Source: Okamejei kenojei
Taxonomy: Eukaryota
DNA length: 64,000 bases
Assembly: GCA_035221665.1 (NCBI GenBank)
Contig: CM069154.1
Span: 34,224,001-34,288,000 of the forward strand
Reading direction: 5' to 3'
A model generated the notes under the pieces. That model made no database searches. It had not been told where the DNA came from and saw nothing but the letters and a program-made list of their open reading frames with translations. Every line of letters starts with the position of its first letter. Within the stretch, counting starts at the first letter, position 1. Both the position numbers and the translations under genes were made by a program. Shown here piece by piece: positions 13,660 through 26,831 of this stretch.

Positions 13660-13970
13660 GGGGCACGGTGGCGCAGTGGTAGAGTTGCTGGCTTGCAGAG
13701 CCGGAGGCACGTGTTTGAACCCGACTATGGGTGCTGTCTGTATGGAGTTTGTACGTTCTACCCGTAACCGTGTAGGTTTTCTCCAAGATCTTTGGTTTCC
13801 TCACACACTCCAAACACGCACAGGTTTGTAGATTAATTGACTTGGTAGAAATGTAAATTGTCCCTGATGTGTGTAAAATAGTGTTAATGTGCGGGGATCG
13901 CTGGTCGGTGCAGACGCGGTGGGGCAAAGGGCCTGTTTCCGCGCTGTATCTCTAAACTAAACTAAACTAA
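13660..13970 (+). mobile_element. Full-length HE1/V-SINE (tRNA-derived)
   Basis: A-box TGGCGCAGTGG (13669-13679), B-box-like GTTTGAACC (13713-13721), V-domain, CR1-like tail GGGCCTGTTTCCGCGCTGTATCT(CTAAA)n. Confidence 0.88.
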
Positions 13971-14479
13971 AAAAACAAATGTATGTGAGCCCTGACTAGG
14001 TCTCTGTGAGATAGAGGTCAGTGAGTTCTAGCCATACCAGCACCACCCTTGTCAATGGCTCGTGACGGTATCAGGGCTCGTCTTCAGTGAGAAGAGTGGT
14101 GCACTTTCAGGAAGAATAGATTAGAGTGAATAAGGAGTATGAAAAATTGAGATGGTTGATGTTGCTCGTGCAGTTGATGATTAATACATTTAGGGAGGGG
14201 GGAAGCCAGGAGGAAGGGTTCAGAAGATTCCAACATTCTGGATGTGCGAGAAAGACAATTTTTACTATTTTCAAATGCATTCAATAAAAACATTAGACTC
14301 TGGCAACTAAAGCTAGTTCAGGAAAATCTGCCACCTAACGATTGAAAATCTAAGTTAAAATTTCCGCAGGTATTCTTGTTTGTAAAATACTCTGATTTGT
14401 GGTATATTTGTGTTTCGAATATTATGTTAAATTTGCATAGAAGACGCTCTCATCCCAAGGAAAATCAATTGTACGTCTT

Positions 14480-14870
14480 AGGAACGATGATGAGGAAGAA
14501 CTTCTTTAGCCAGAGAATGGTGAAGATGTGGAATTTATGGATTATGGTCACTGTGGAGGCCAAGTCTTTTAATCGAGTCCACATCACAAGATTAGAAATT
14601 GTTCAGCCAGAGCTGAACACCCTTCTCGGCATCTGCATACAATGGCGCCTTGCACTTCCTGTGCGTAGTGGTGGAAAGATTGGTGGAAAAAAGGCTTGAC
14701 CCCGAGGCCAAGTCATCGGGTATCTTTAAAGCAGAGATTAATCGGTTCTTGATTGGTAAGGGCGTTACTGGTTGCAGGGAGAAGGCGGAAGAATGGGGTT
14801 GAGAGGGAAAAATACATCAGCCTTGATCGAAAGGCAGAGAAGACTCGATGGGCTGAATGGCCTAATTCAT
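14480..14870 (+). mobile_element. CR1 LINE 3' fragment, interrupted by ~130 bp (~14570-14703)
   Basis: Encodes MRKNFFSQRMVKMWN. GAGGCCAAGTC is duplicated around the insert. Tail ATGGGCTGAATGGCCT. Confidence 0.6.
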
Positions 14871-15959
14871 AATTTCCCAGATAAATGTTTAATAATATAA
14901 TGTTTTGGATTTCCCCGAGGGGACTTGCTGCATGCAGTTGATTACCAGTTACTCCAATCCCTCAAACAAACCCTCTAAACACCAAAAAGGCTAATTTTAC
15001 TGATCCAGATACGGGAGCTGACTAGGCCCCGAGCAGCTTCATGGCTCCACATGTCAGCAGGCCAGATAAATTCAAGTATACTCAAGGAGCATTCATCTTA
15101 TTCTTACCTTCAACCTCAATATCTCCCTACTACGGCTCGTCTCGTGTAAGTGCTGGGGAATCGCAGCACACTCCTGCTCTGCCACTGGGCTCCACAAGGA
15201 GTTGAGGCAGAGGAGTGGAGCTGGAAAACACTGGCAGAGCTCGGCCACTAGGTTTGGGACTTCCACATTCACATGTTCATGCTGAAAACTAGCAGCATTT
15301 ACACTGAGAAAGAGCAGAAACCTCATGCAAAATTACTGGCAAGACACAGCAAAATCTTGGCCAAAATCTAAATTATCACTGTTGCAGCACATACTGAGGG
15401 TGCTTAACACTTTAATGAAGCACACCTAACTGCTGGATATCGGTATCACAGCTTTGATGTGCAGCGTATTAAGTGTTACCATACCGAACATGGAGTTAAG
15501 ATAAATCAGCTGTGATCTTACTGAGACTTCAGAGACTAAATGACCTACTTCGGTCCGTGTAGACTTGATTCAGTATTTGACAATAAATCAACAATAATAA
15601 GCATGTGCTTTTGCTTAAAGAAATATATCTACGAACCATGAACGTTCTCACCACCTTATTCATTACACGTCAACCCTGAGCCAGTACAAATATAATATAT
15701 TTTGCTGTTGAATTATAATGACATATTCTGACAACTATTAAGTAATATTGAGTGAAAATGATGTAACATTAATTATCACATAAACTCTACTTCTTCCTTT
15801 CCGATGATATATTTTTAGCCAAGTGCTTTTCATTTCCATTTAGACTGCAGATTTCCTAAATGTACATGGTTTCCTTCCTTATCAGACTTCATGCCTATGT
15901 ATCTATATTTGATGATAATTTGATAATTACAGATAATTTGCAAACTTTTCATGAAATAT

Positions 15960-16905
15960 GGAACCAAGGAACTGCAGATGCTGTTTTACAAAAAAAAAAA
16001 GACACAAAGTGCTGGAGTAACTCAGCAGGTCAGGCTGAAGAATATGGATAAGAGACTTTACGAGACAAATCCTTCTTCAGACTAAGCGGGGGGTGGGGAG
16101 AGAAAGCTGGAAGGGAGATGCAGCAGGACAAAGCCTGGCAGGTAATAGGTTGGTACAGGTGAGGTTTCTTTTTTTGATAGGCAGATGGATGACGGCTGAA
16201 GAAAAAGAAAAGACAAGGTGCGAGACAAAAAGATTGAGGAGCTGAGAATTATGAAGCTAGAGGAAGGGGAGGGGGAGGGAGAAAATAGGTGCGAGTCCAG
16301 ATAGCACACTGGAGAGCGAGTGGTAGGGAAGAAGAGGATTGTTTTAGGGAAAGAGGTGGATGGGGTTTATAGTTACCTAAAATTGAAGAAATCAATGTTC
16401 ACACCATTGGGTTTTAAGCTACACAAGCGGGATATGAGGTGGTGTTCCTTCAGTTTGCATGTGGCCTCATTCTGACAATGGAGGAGCCCAGAACGGGAAG
16501 GTCAAGATGAGAAAGGGAAGGGGAGTTAAAATGGTTAGCAATCTGGAGATCAGGCAGGTCTGGGGGGACTGAGCATAAGTGTTCGGCAAAATGAGTCTAT
16601 GCTTAGTCTTGCTGATGTACAGGAGGCTACATCGGGGACACTGGATACAGTAGATGAGGTTAGAGGAATCTCTGTTTCACCTGGAAGGATTGCTGAGGTC
16701 CCTGGATGGAGGTGAGGGAGGAGCTTTTGGGACAGGTGTTGCATCTCCTGTAGTTGGAGGGGCAAGTACCTGGGGAGGGGATGGTTGAGTAGGAAGGGAT
16801 GAGTGAATTAAGGAATTGCAGAGGCAGCAGTCTCTGTGTAAGGCAGAATGCGATGGGCAAGGGAAGATGTGACTGGTGGTGGAATCATGTTGGAAGTGAC
16901 GGAAA
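15960..16905 (-). mobile_element. Penelope-like element 3' ~950 bp with decayed GIY-YIG endonuclease
   Basis: Broken frames read PGTCP..RRCNTCP..SSLTSIQGPQQSFQVKQRF..., continuing into GIY-YIG-like residues, then 3' UTR and the hammerhead-bearing tail. Confidence 0.8.
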
Positions 16906-16954
16906 TGTATTTTCTAGTGCAAGTTATCTGCACAGCATCCGCATCTGTACCAAA

Positions 16955-17238
16955 GGGCAGCACAGCTGTGCAGCAGCAGAGTTGATGCCTTACAGCACCA
17001 GAGACCTGGGTTCGATCCGGACTACGGGTGCTGTCTGTACGGAGTTCGTAGGTTCTTCCTGTGATTGCGTATGTTTTCTCCAGATGCTTCGGTTTCCTCC
17101 CCTACTCCAAAAAATGCAGGTTTGTACATTCATTGGTTTCTGTAAATTGTCCCTAGTGTGTAAGGTAGAATGGGTGATCGATGGTCGGCATGGGCTCGGC
17201 GGGCCGATGGGCCTGTTTCCACACTAAGTTTAAACTAA
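16955..17238 (+). mobile_element. HE1/V-SINE
   Basis: B-box GGTTCGATCC at ~17009, V-domain and tail. Confidence 0.8.
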
Positions 17239-18159
17239 TCAAGTGTCTTTTTGGGCACATAAATAATTCCAGCTCATTATTCCTTTAAAAATGAATGAAA
17301 CTAAAATCACTGTGTCTTTCAATTCCAGGTCAATGCGTTATTTATTAATAACTTTCTGTTACATTTTCATATCTCCCCTTAAATTTGTTCAGTACATATC
17401 CGTGCCTGCATTTGGCTTCCTCTAATGACCAGGTATTTTGAAAAAAAACATCTTGCTTTCATTTCTGCAGTGGTGCCCGACTACCTTGATGGAGCTCCAC
17501 TAACACTAGCTAATTCACCAAATACAGCAGAATTGCACAATAGAATGTGCAGACTTTCATTTCAAAATCAAACAAAAAAACATACCGAGTTTTTGGCCTT
17601 TGCAAAATGTTTTACTTTAAGCAAAATGTGCGATTTCAGCATAGTATCGATATTGCTAATTTTAAATAAAAGACACTGGGAAGCATAGACACTGGCATAG
17701 AAATACATAAACGCACCACACACAGACGTTATTCTGTGCCCACTCATCGCATGCAATTTTAGACAAAAGATCTTTCTGTCCTCAATGGCATTTTACAAAT
17801 TATGTTCCCCCAGATATAGTCTGCCTACACAGGATGAAATGTCACTTTTGATGTGGTTGCTGTTTAATTCTCTTACCTCTTGATCTTGTCACTTTGATTA
17901 ATCTAATGTTATCTGCCCTCAAGTACAGTTGCCTTTTTTCTTTGCTTGGCTGAGAGGTTCAAATTAAGCTTTTATGCACTCCCTCTGGCTTTCCCCTACT
18001 TTTAAAAAACAGTCTGCATCCCCATCCATCACAGACATTGGATACCAGAGTGCAGGAGCTTTTCTAATGTTGCTGGATAAATGACACGTTCTCCGGAGAA
18101 ATTGAGCTTCCTACTTTGTGCAGCTCCACCTCAGTTATGTGAAAAGTCCCCACCACAGC

Positions 18160-18480
18160 AGCACAGTGGCAGCGGGTAGAGCTGCTGCCTCCCAGCGCCG
18201 GAGACCCGGGTCCAACCTTCACCTTGGGTGCGTCTGTTTGCTCGTTTCCCCTGTGACCACGTTTATTTCCTCCGGGCGCTCCGGTTTCCTCTCACATCCA
18301 AAGACGTGTGGGTTTGGAGGTTAAATGGCCCCTGTATAATTGCCTCCCTGTGTAGGGAGTGGATGTGAAAGTGGGAACAACACAGAATAAGTGTGAATGG
18401 GTGATAGATGGTCAGCATGGATGTATTGGGCCGAAGGGCCTGTTTCCATGCTGTATTCTAAACTAAACCAAATTAATCTA
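18160..18480 (+). mobile_element. HE1/V-SINE
   Basis: Head, V-domain and GGGCCGAAGGGCCTGTTTCCATGCTGTA tail. Confidence 0.8.
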
Positions 18481-19039
18481 AACACAGCATGGGGCATAGC
18501 AGTAAAACATTTGGATTTCCAGCCAACATATGTAATGCAAAATTGCTTCATGATCAATGCATAGAGAAAGCTGCAAAAACAAGATAACAAATATCCTTGC
18601 GAGCATCAAGGAAAGGGAGCTACTGTATTTCTGGTTGATATAATGGCCCAGATTTCACTTGGATTTATAGCCGTGGATGTTGTTTAATTTCAGGATTATT
18701 GGTACCGGCAAGTGTCGTTTCACATACCAGTTCAAACACGTCTTCTCGAGGGCCTGCTGGATGCTGGCACAGCGTATCTCCTTCTTACAACTAGGTTTCT
18801 GATTCGCAGTTTCCTCAGGTGAAGCGTAGAGTTAGAAGCTGGGCCTTTGCAGTACGACACAACCAAAGAGGCCTCTTTTTGCCACCTCTTGATATGATGA
18901 TCTTCTCCCCTCCATAGGCCAAAGAGCGGTGCCCATTTGGGTTATAGCCGGATTGTGCATGAAGATGAGTGATCTTCCCAGTGGTGTTCTCGAGCGAGGC
19001 TTCACACCAGCCCAGGCCCCAGTCCAATGACAGTCTTCA

Positions 19040-19550
19040 CTATGTCCGTCTAGGCCTGCACAATCTCCCCGTTGCTAAACACTTTAATTCCCCTTCCCAT
19101 ACTGACCTTTCTGTCCTGGGTCTCCTCCTCTGTCAGAGTGAGGCTAAAGGCAAATTGGAGGAACAGCTCCTCATATTTTGTTTGGGCAGCTTTCAACCCA
19201 GCAGTATGAACATTGATTTCTCTAACTTCCTAACCCTTGTATTCCCCGTCTCTCTCCGTCCCTGCCCCACCATACTTCTCCGACTAGTTTCACTGTCTAC
19301 CTGATTACTGTTTACTGTTATTTACTGTTTGTATGCCTGTTGTCACCTTCCTCTCAGCCAACAATGAACCATTGTACATTTCCTTGACCATTATCAGCTT
19401 TGTTCTGTCATTTTCACACCTTACCCTTCCATATCTCCAGTTTCCCTCTCTTAGTCTGAAGAAGGGTCTCGACCTGAAACATTACCCTTTCCTTCTCTCC
19501 AGAGGTGCTGCCTGTCCCACTGAGTTACTCCAGCATTTTGTGTCGATCTT
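19040..19550 (+). mobile_element. Penelope-like 3' fragment: GIY-YIG C-terminus, 3' UTR and hammerhead motif
   Basis: LPVAKHFNSPSHTDLSVLGL...KLEEQLLIFCLGSFQPSSMNIDFSNF, then CTGAAGAAGGGTCTCGACCTGAAAC at 19456. Confidence 0.82.
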
Positions 19551-19674
19551 CATTATAATGTAGACAACCATGGGAAGTTAGCCTGATCCCACCTGATACA
19601 TGACATCACTGTTAGAAACATTCCCTTTGTCCCCGTCCCATCTTCTCTGATCCCTTGGCCAACATGTTTCTTTG

Positions 19675-19960
19675 TGCAGAAAGGAATTGCAGACGCTGGT
19701 TCATACCAAAGATAGACACAGAGCGCTGGTGTGACTCAGCGGAGCATCTCTGGAGAAAAGGGATGGGTGACGTTACGGGCTGCGACCCTTCTTCTGACCC
19801 CTTGAACTGAAAGAACCTGATTCTTTCTTTCTCAGTTCTGAAGAAGGTTTCCTCATTTGAAATGTGAACCGGTGAAAGTGTCCCGATCCAAAACATCGCC
19901 TATCCATTCTGTCCACAGATGCTGCATGACCCGCTGAGTTATTCCAGCACTTTGCGTTTC
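19675..19960. mobile_element. Inverted Penelope end pair with extra partial motif copies
   Basis: Minus arm 19675-19800 and plus arm ~19835-19960. Confidence 0.65.
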
Positions 19961-21381
19961 ACTTTCACATACCAGCATGGGCATCAAATCACCAACTGCC
20001 CACACACATCTGACATATGCAGGCAAAACACAAGCCGTCACATTGCTCAGGTTGCCAGGTAGCACAGCTCCCACTCAAAATATGCACTCAAGCTTTGTAA
20101 ACTCACTGGTACACATGACACCAAAAAAGCAGTCCATTTCAAAGCTAGAATTTCCAAACTTCCATGCATTACTCCAAATGTGACTTTATGATTCATTGCT
20201 TCAAGTCACAATAACTAGTTTCACCATGATCAACCATCCTTGAAATGCCTCCAAGTACATTTTCATGGTTACTAACAGCTTCAAATTAATTTAATATACA
20301 GAGCAAAGAGTAAAAATGATTTCCACTTAAGCAATTCATTCCAATGCTGATAGCTCATGGATAGGAAATTCTTACATATTATTAACTGTAGACCATATTT
20401 TAAGATGTCTCTCACATATGACCCAGTTTATAATTTATTTAGACTATTACCGGCTAATTTATGTATGGTGTTAAAAAGAATTTGTGAAAACTTTGCTAAG
20501 TACAAAACCATTGCCATCAAGCACTCAACGAATGCATCAATCATTCCTTAGTGTTGAATATTTTTGGCTTTTACTTTTAAACAAAGATCTGGGAATTTTA
20601 GCTGATTTATTTTCTAGACATTAAAACTAAGTTGATGGGAGAATAAAAATAAAGGGAAAAAAAACTGAAATTGGTGAAAAGAAGTGGTTATGTATTGTAT
20701 ATTAGCTTTCTCATTTATCACATACTTTTCTATGTCATAGAAACATACAGTATGGAAACAGGTCCTATATTCTAACTTATCCATGCTGACCACGATGCCC
20801 CATATACTGTACACACCTGCCTGCGTTTAGCCCATATCTATCGAAAATGCCCTATCCGAATATCTTTTATGTGTTTTCTATGTGTTGTCGAATCTTTGTC
20901 AGATGGGATAACTCCTCATACTATTCTTTCTCCAAACCCTCCGCATTGCAGAATGACTGTCATGGACTCAGGGGCTCCATCTTTGAGGGACCATTTGTTT
21001 GGCTTGCACTCCATGAGCCGCGGGTAGGCAATAGGACTGTTAGGGACGCCGAGTTCTCACACCATTCTCGCCCCTACGTCTGACTTCTGCTTTGAACTGG
21101 AGATGGCTGGCGTCCTCCCTGGTTTCCCCACCACGGACCAGGAGCTGCGCTCTGCCTTCCACTCTGCGGAGGCTGAAACCCCTCCTGCAAGGATTCCTCC
21201 CATGCTGAGCCCTTCCCTGGAATCTTCCATTCTGCACCAGAGGCTGCGCCTCTCATTCTCCATGGGTTCCTTCCATCCTGATCCCAAGGATTGTCTTTCC
21301 TCCTCCCAAGCTCGTCCCAGTGATCCAGAGGCTGTGCCCCAACCCAGGATGCCTCCCCCCTCCCCCGACCAAATGCATCAT

Positions 21382-21529
21382 AGATCATTGACCAGAATAG
21401 CACAGAAACTAGCTCTTTGATCCACTATGTCTCTACTAGATAATGATAACTATACAGAAACAGATCATTGACCAGCATAGCACAGAAACTAGCTCTTTGA
21501 TCCACTATGTCTCTACTAGATAATGATAA
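21382..21529 (+). repeat. 68-bp direct repeat (period 80, one mismatch)
   Basis: AGATCATTGACCAG[A/C]ATAGCACAG...GATAATGATAA at 21382-21449 and 21462-21529. Confidence 0.95.
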
Positions 21530-22782
21530 ATGCAAGCCTGCTAGATGAACCCATGCTGATCACGATGACAATTTAAACCTCCCACCTGCTTTGCTTGCGT
21601 TAGTTCTCAATTGTCCCAATAAAATCCAGTACATTTTCTTCACAGGGAAGAAATGAGCAAACATCACTGTTCATCACCATGCCATTCAGTAATAGAGGGT
21701 GGTTTAACAGTGAGATTTGGTGAAATCCAAACATTTCTGGGACTTTCCCTCAGTTGGTAAATGCATCAAACAGTAGCCTTTATGTGCAATCCTCCCTCTT
21801 TGAAATCTTGTTCAATTGACTTCAAAACATTTCAAATTCAAAGTGCCCACAACTTAAGCTGCAAATGCATCCGGAAAATGAAAAGCATAACTGCATTTGT
21901 CTCCCAAAACCTCAGAGATTTGTTCAAAGCCCATTAAGGATTAAAATCAAAGGTAGCCAAAAGTTCGTAATCCAAATGGAGAAATTAAACATGCCAAATA
22001 AATCAAAATATGTGCATGAATGTAATATTTTAAATGTTATATTTTAATGTAATTTTCAATGTTATTCCTCCATTTTCATTTTGTCAATCGATTCCCCTAC
22101 ATCCTGGTCTATTTTTTTTTATTCCACGAAAGCATCAGAATCTTATTCCATCTGTTCTCAAAGGGTTAAACTAGTATAGAGACAGCTTTATGACTAGTTT
22201 TGTTTGCTTAACAATGAAGGAGTTGACCTACTGTAAAAGTGATCAGCTTGTAGTACAGCTATAACTCTCCATGCATATAATTTCCTGGCAACCCAGACTC
22301 AAAATGAGTAGGAAGAGACTGATGACAGTGACCTCTTTGTCAACTGTGCAAACATGAATTTTGTTTAAAATCGAGTGTGGTTTTTAAATGTTACTGAGGT
22401 GAGACATTTTAGTGCAAACATATTAAGACATTTGGACAGATTTGTGGCAGAAATGCTACTTAAAGCTATTTCAGTAAGCTATTTCTCAGCAAGGTATTGC
22501 ATTCAATGCTTTCTCTGCACTGATATCCAGAGAAGAACTTCCAATATTCATCTGCAACCATTTAATGCAAGTATACTACATTCCTGCTCGTCCTGCTTTC
22601 ACACAAACTGGATGAACAATTGAATATGAAATTCAACTATGAAATGAACTATCATCATGGAACTGGTGGCTCCCTCCGTTGATAGATGGTGCCAAATAAA
22701 AAGAACTGGCCCAGACCTTAATTAACAGAACTAATTAGTTTCAGTACTTAACTTTAGAGATTAAGACACACAGTGCTGCACA

Positions 22783-23097
22783 GGGCGGCACGGCTAGTAG
22801 AGCTGCTACTTCAGAGCCTGAGATCAGGGTTTGATCCTGAACTTGGGGGCTGTCTGTGTGTAGTTTACACATTCTTCGTGTGACTGCGTGGGTCTCCTCT
22901 GGGTGTTCAGGTTTCCTCCCACATCCCAAAGACATATAGGTTTGTAGATTAACTGTCCCTTGCAATTTGCCCCATATGTGTATTGATTGGATGAGAAAGT
23001 AGGATAACATAGAACTAGTGTGACCTGATGGCCGGCACGGACCCGGTGGGCCAAAGGGCCTGTTTCCACATTGTATCTCTGAACTAAACTAAACTAA
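22783..23097 (+). mobile_element. HE1/V-SINE
   Basis: Head GGGCGGCACGGCTAGTAGAGCTGCT, V-domain and (CTAAA)n tail. Confidence 0.8.
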
Positions 23098-25387
23098 GAC
23101 TGTGAGACGATGGAAAAGAATGAGATAATAAACTAAACTAGTTATTAGACCAAATATTTCAGGCATCTTGCCCAAATCACAAAATAAAGAAATAATCTCT
23201 AAAAGTCTGAAGAAGTGCTCCTGATCCCAAAACATTATCTGACCATTTCCTCCATGGATGCTGCCCGACCCGCTGAGCTCCTCTGGTACTGTGCGTCTTA
23301 ATCTGCAAAATTGCTGTCTACTAAAATAATTAAGTCAATATGACTGTAATTTAAATGAAGAATAATAATCATCACTTGAAGGACATCCTCAGGCTATGAA
23401 AAATAAAAATAAAATTTGAAATACTACTGATCCATCCAAATCCAACCTCCCCACAAGCCCTTCTGAAACCCGTTGTCATCGCCTTATGCACGAGCGCACA
23501 CGTTTGCATGGCTGAAAATGATGTTGAATGTGAAAGAGATAAATAAAGACAGGGTGAGTCAAATACTCCAAGAAACACAATCACTCCCACGAAGAAGGAA
23601 CCAAGCAAATATTATTCTTGAAAATAACCACTCGGTTTAAACGGTTGAGGAAGAAATTACAGGTTGAAAAATAGCATTTTCATCATCTCCCGCTCTCTCT
23701 GGGAAACAGGCAAAAATATTTCAAGACCTTTCCTCAGAAAATTAACTGACTAAAATAATAACCATTCTGGGAAAGATCCATGAAGGAATCACCTTGATAG
23801 CCTGAAGGTTCCTGTTCTGTACTCTGCTTCACATTTCACCAGCATGGATTAGGTTTTTTTTTAAGTCTGAAAACTCATTCCAAAGAGCTAGATTATTCAC
23901 CAGCCTGCTCAGCCATTTAAGGAGACCATGAATCAATTCCATTTATCCAACTTTTGTCCTACGCTCTTCAGATATTATTCAAATGCGGCTGCACATGCAG
24001 GCTGGCATTCATCGCCAGCCTCTAGCTTTTAGCTGTTGACACCGGGGAGTGGATACATACTCATCTGAAATCAATTTGCTTTCTGTTTACATAGTAAAGA
24101 CAGATCCACAGGATCAAGTTCCTTCTCCCTGCATCTTGCTACAATAATAAACCAGGAAAACAAAGTAAAAGAGCTGCAAACTCCATGCTCAGAGCACACT
24201 GAGAGAAAGCCAAGGAAAATTGGAAAGAAATGGGCACATGATTCCATTGGGAAAACCGCAGCCCCAATTAGGCTTGTGCAAAAGATACAGAAATAGTAAA
24301 GCACCTACTCAGACTGACTTTTATACTGTATTTGGCAAATAATGTGGAGGAAAGACATATACCTCCAACGGAACAAAGGCAGAAACCAAAATTCCTGGAA
24401 AATAAATGTTTTGTCACTTTGAAGTCTAAATGTGTAAGTTGTAGATTCTAAAATATTTTCATTATTCTAAGTTTATTGAAGTCACTGGTTGGAAAATTCC
24501 AAAAAAGCTAAAATCTGTTTTACCCCCAAAATGTGTTAGAATAAATTCACTCATATATCCCCTGCAATGCGCATTAAACCCAGGTCTCCCTTCCCCCTGG
24601 AAGTTTCATGATTGGTCCTGAACCTTCCAGTGCAGGGAAATCCTGGCTCAGTTATCTAAACTCAACCTAAAAAACAGCTGTGGGGTTAACGATTTTCCTT
24701 CTGAAACACAAATTACACTGAAGCATTAAGCCCATTTTGGCTAGTGGCTTCAGATGGATCTTGTTTCAATATATTCTTGCTTAATGTATCATTGGACTCG
24801 AAAACTTTAAACCAAGGTGTCCCAAAAAAAAAAACACATTTATGCAAACAGCAAATTAAAAGTGCTACAAAACAAAATGTAACTCATTCACATGGGAGAT
24901 ATTTAGAGCAAGTGACCAAACACTTGGCAAAGAGTCAAATTTTAAGCTCAAAGGAAGAAAGAGCCACCAGCGATACTTAAATGCCTTTTGAAATATTATT
25001 TAGTTGTACTACAACACTACCTATGCACAGAGAAAGAATACAATTGGGCAGACAATCTGCCATTGATAACGAGTTAACCAATATGAGATATAAAACTACT
25101 TGACTTCATCCATATATATTTGCCAGTGGTGGATCAATCACAATAATACTTTATTATCCAAGTATGTGTTGCAAAACATACGAGGAATTTCATTTGCCAA
25201 GTCAGTCATACAAATGAAAAGCAACGGAACACACAATACACATTTTAACATAAACATCCACCACAGTGACTCCTCCATATTCCTCACTGTGATGGAAGGT
25301 GAAAAAAAGTTCAAATCTCTTCCGTTCTATGCGCCTACCTATAACATTATTGGTAAAAGTAACCACAGCAGAATCTTTGGGGAGACT

Positions 25388-25572
25388 TCAAATAGCCCTT
25401 GCTTTCCCTCTCTATCCCCTCCCCCTTCCCAGTTCTCCCACCAGTCTTACTGTCTCCGACCACATTCTATCTTTGTCCAGCCCACTCCCCTGACATCAGT
25501 CTGAAGAAGGGTCTCGACCCAAACGTCGCCCATTCCTTCTCTCCAGAGATGCTGCAGCATTTTGTGTCTACC
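25388..25572 (+). mobile_element. Penelope-like 3' end with hammerhead motif
   Basis: CTGAAGAAGGGTCTCGACCCAAACGTC at 25501. Flanked by CTTTGGGG(G)AGAC direct repeats. Confidence 0.75.
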
Positions 25573-26029
25573 TTTGGGGAGACAAGTTTGTCCATTCAAA
25601 CTATCAAGTTTTGTGGCACCTTGATTGTAGTGGGATGACTACATCACCACATTAAATGAGATTGATTTAACAGACCAGACTAACAGATGGAAGCAGAGCA
25701 TCCAGGAGCTGTGGGCCTTCAACAGCAGCAGATAAACACAGCACCATGATCTGCAGCCTCATAGCCAGGCAGATCCCCACCTTCAATGATAATGGCCCCC
25801 AGCATGTAAAAGCTAAAGACAAACACACCCGTCCACAAAAAAGTGATCCACTGTTACTTCCTGCTGAAAGCCCCACCATTGCTGAAGCCAGTCAATTTAT
25901 TCAACATAATATAAGATACTGCTAAGGGCAGTCGTAATAGGGTGGTCACATACCTTCAAAGCTACCCCAGACTACATATTAGGTGTAGTTTTGAAGGCAT
26001 GTGCTCCAGAATTAGATGCTCCTCACAAA

Positions 26030-26545
26030 GGCAGCCTAAATGATCAAACATCCACATTCCCCTGGCCACGCACTTATTCCGGCCCCGACAGCCAGAGAAA
26101 AGTTGCAGGAGCCATCGGCATCTAGAATAGCCTCTTCCCAACAACTAGCAGACTCTTGATTGCCTTCCCTCACAGTGGGAAACGTTGATTCCGCTGTGTG
26201 GGGATGTTCATGTTAAACTCTATCGTGTATTGTGTTCCTTGTATTCGTGTATGGCTGTTTGTAGCTCAAATCTCACTGTACCAATTGGTGCATGTGACAA
26301 TAAATGTAACTTGAACTTGAACACTGCAAAATACTAACCTCAGCAACTATGAACTTCTGTGACTGTCTTTGGTTGCACTAAGGACTTCTGCTTTTTAACT
26401 CTAGTATGATGCTTATCAATTTACTGCATTTTCTTAAATTGTTACATTTTACTGGTGTTTTTTGCATTTACAAGCCTGCTAAGCTGCTGCAGGTAAGAAT
26501 TCTTTGTTCCGTTGTCAGTATATGACAATTAAACACTCTCAACAT
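26030..26545 (+). mobile_element. Rex1/Babar-type 3' fragments/tails
   Basis: Decayed HPGH-LF..P ORF end, then tails GTGACAATAAATGTAACTTGAACTTGA and ATGACAATTAAAC. Confidence 0.55.
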
Positions 26546-26634
26546 TTTCACTTACCTTGACCTCTCGGTTTACAGCTGCAAAGATGGCATCTTACAGATA
26601 ACATGGAAAATTATCCAAGTATCACAAAAAGTAG

Positions 26635-26755
26635 GTCCACAGCCAGACTAGCCAGAAAACGCCTGATCGTGACTGATCTTGAAAGCTAAGCAAGATCAGG
26701 ACTGGTTGGTACTTGGATGGGAGAGTGCCTGGGAATACCAGGTGCCATAGGCTTT
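26635..26755 (+). pseudogene. Dispersed 5S rRNA pseudogene (full length, 121 bp)
   Basis: Colinear with vertebrate 5S rRNA: GTCCACAGCCAGAC...GATCTTGAAAGCTAAGCA...GTACTTGGATGGGAGA..GCCTGGGAATACCAGGTGCCATAGGCTTT. Multiple substitutions, single copy, no T4 terminator. Confidence 0.9.
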
Positions 26756-26831
26756 CTTGGACTGGATGCCTGAAGCATGTGTCAAGATTTGGCGCTCGGC
26801 CCATTACTGTTTGTCACCTATTTCAATAATA

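Noticed and set aside
13660-13735. Possible tRNA gene
   Set aside because: It is the tRNA-derived head of an HE1 SINE, continuing into the V-domain and tail; no convincing cloverleaf.
15406-15478. Short imperfect inverted repeat TAACACTTTAAT / ATTAAGTGTTA
   Set aside because: Only 11-12 bp and AT-rich; plausible by chance.
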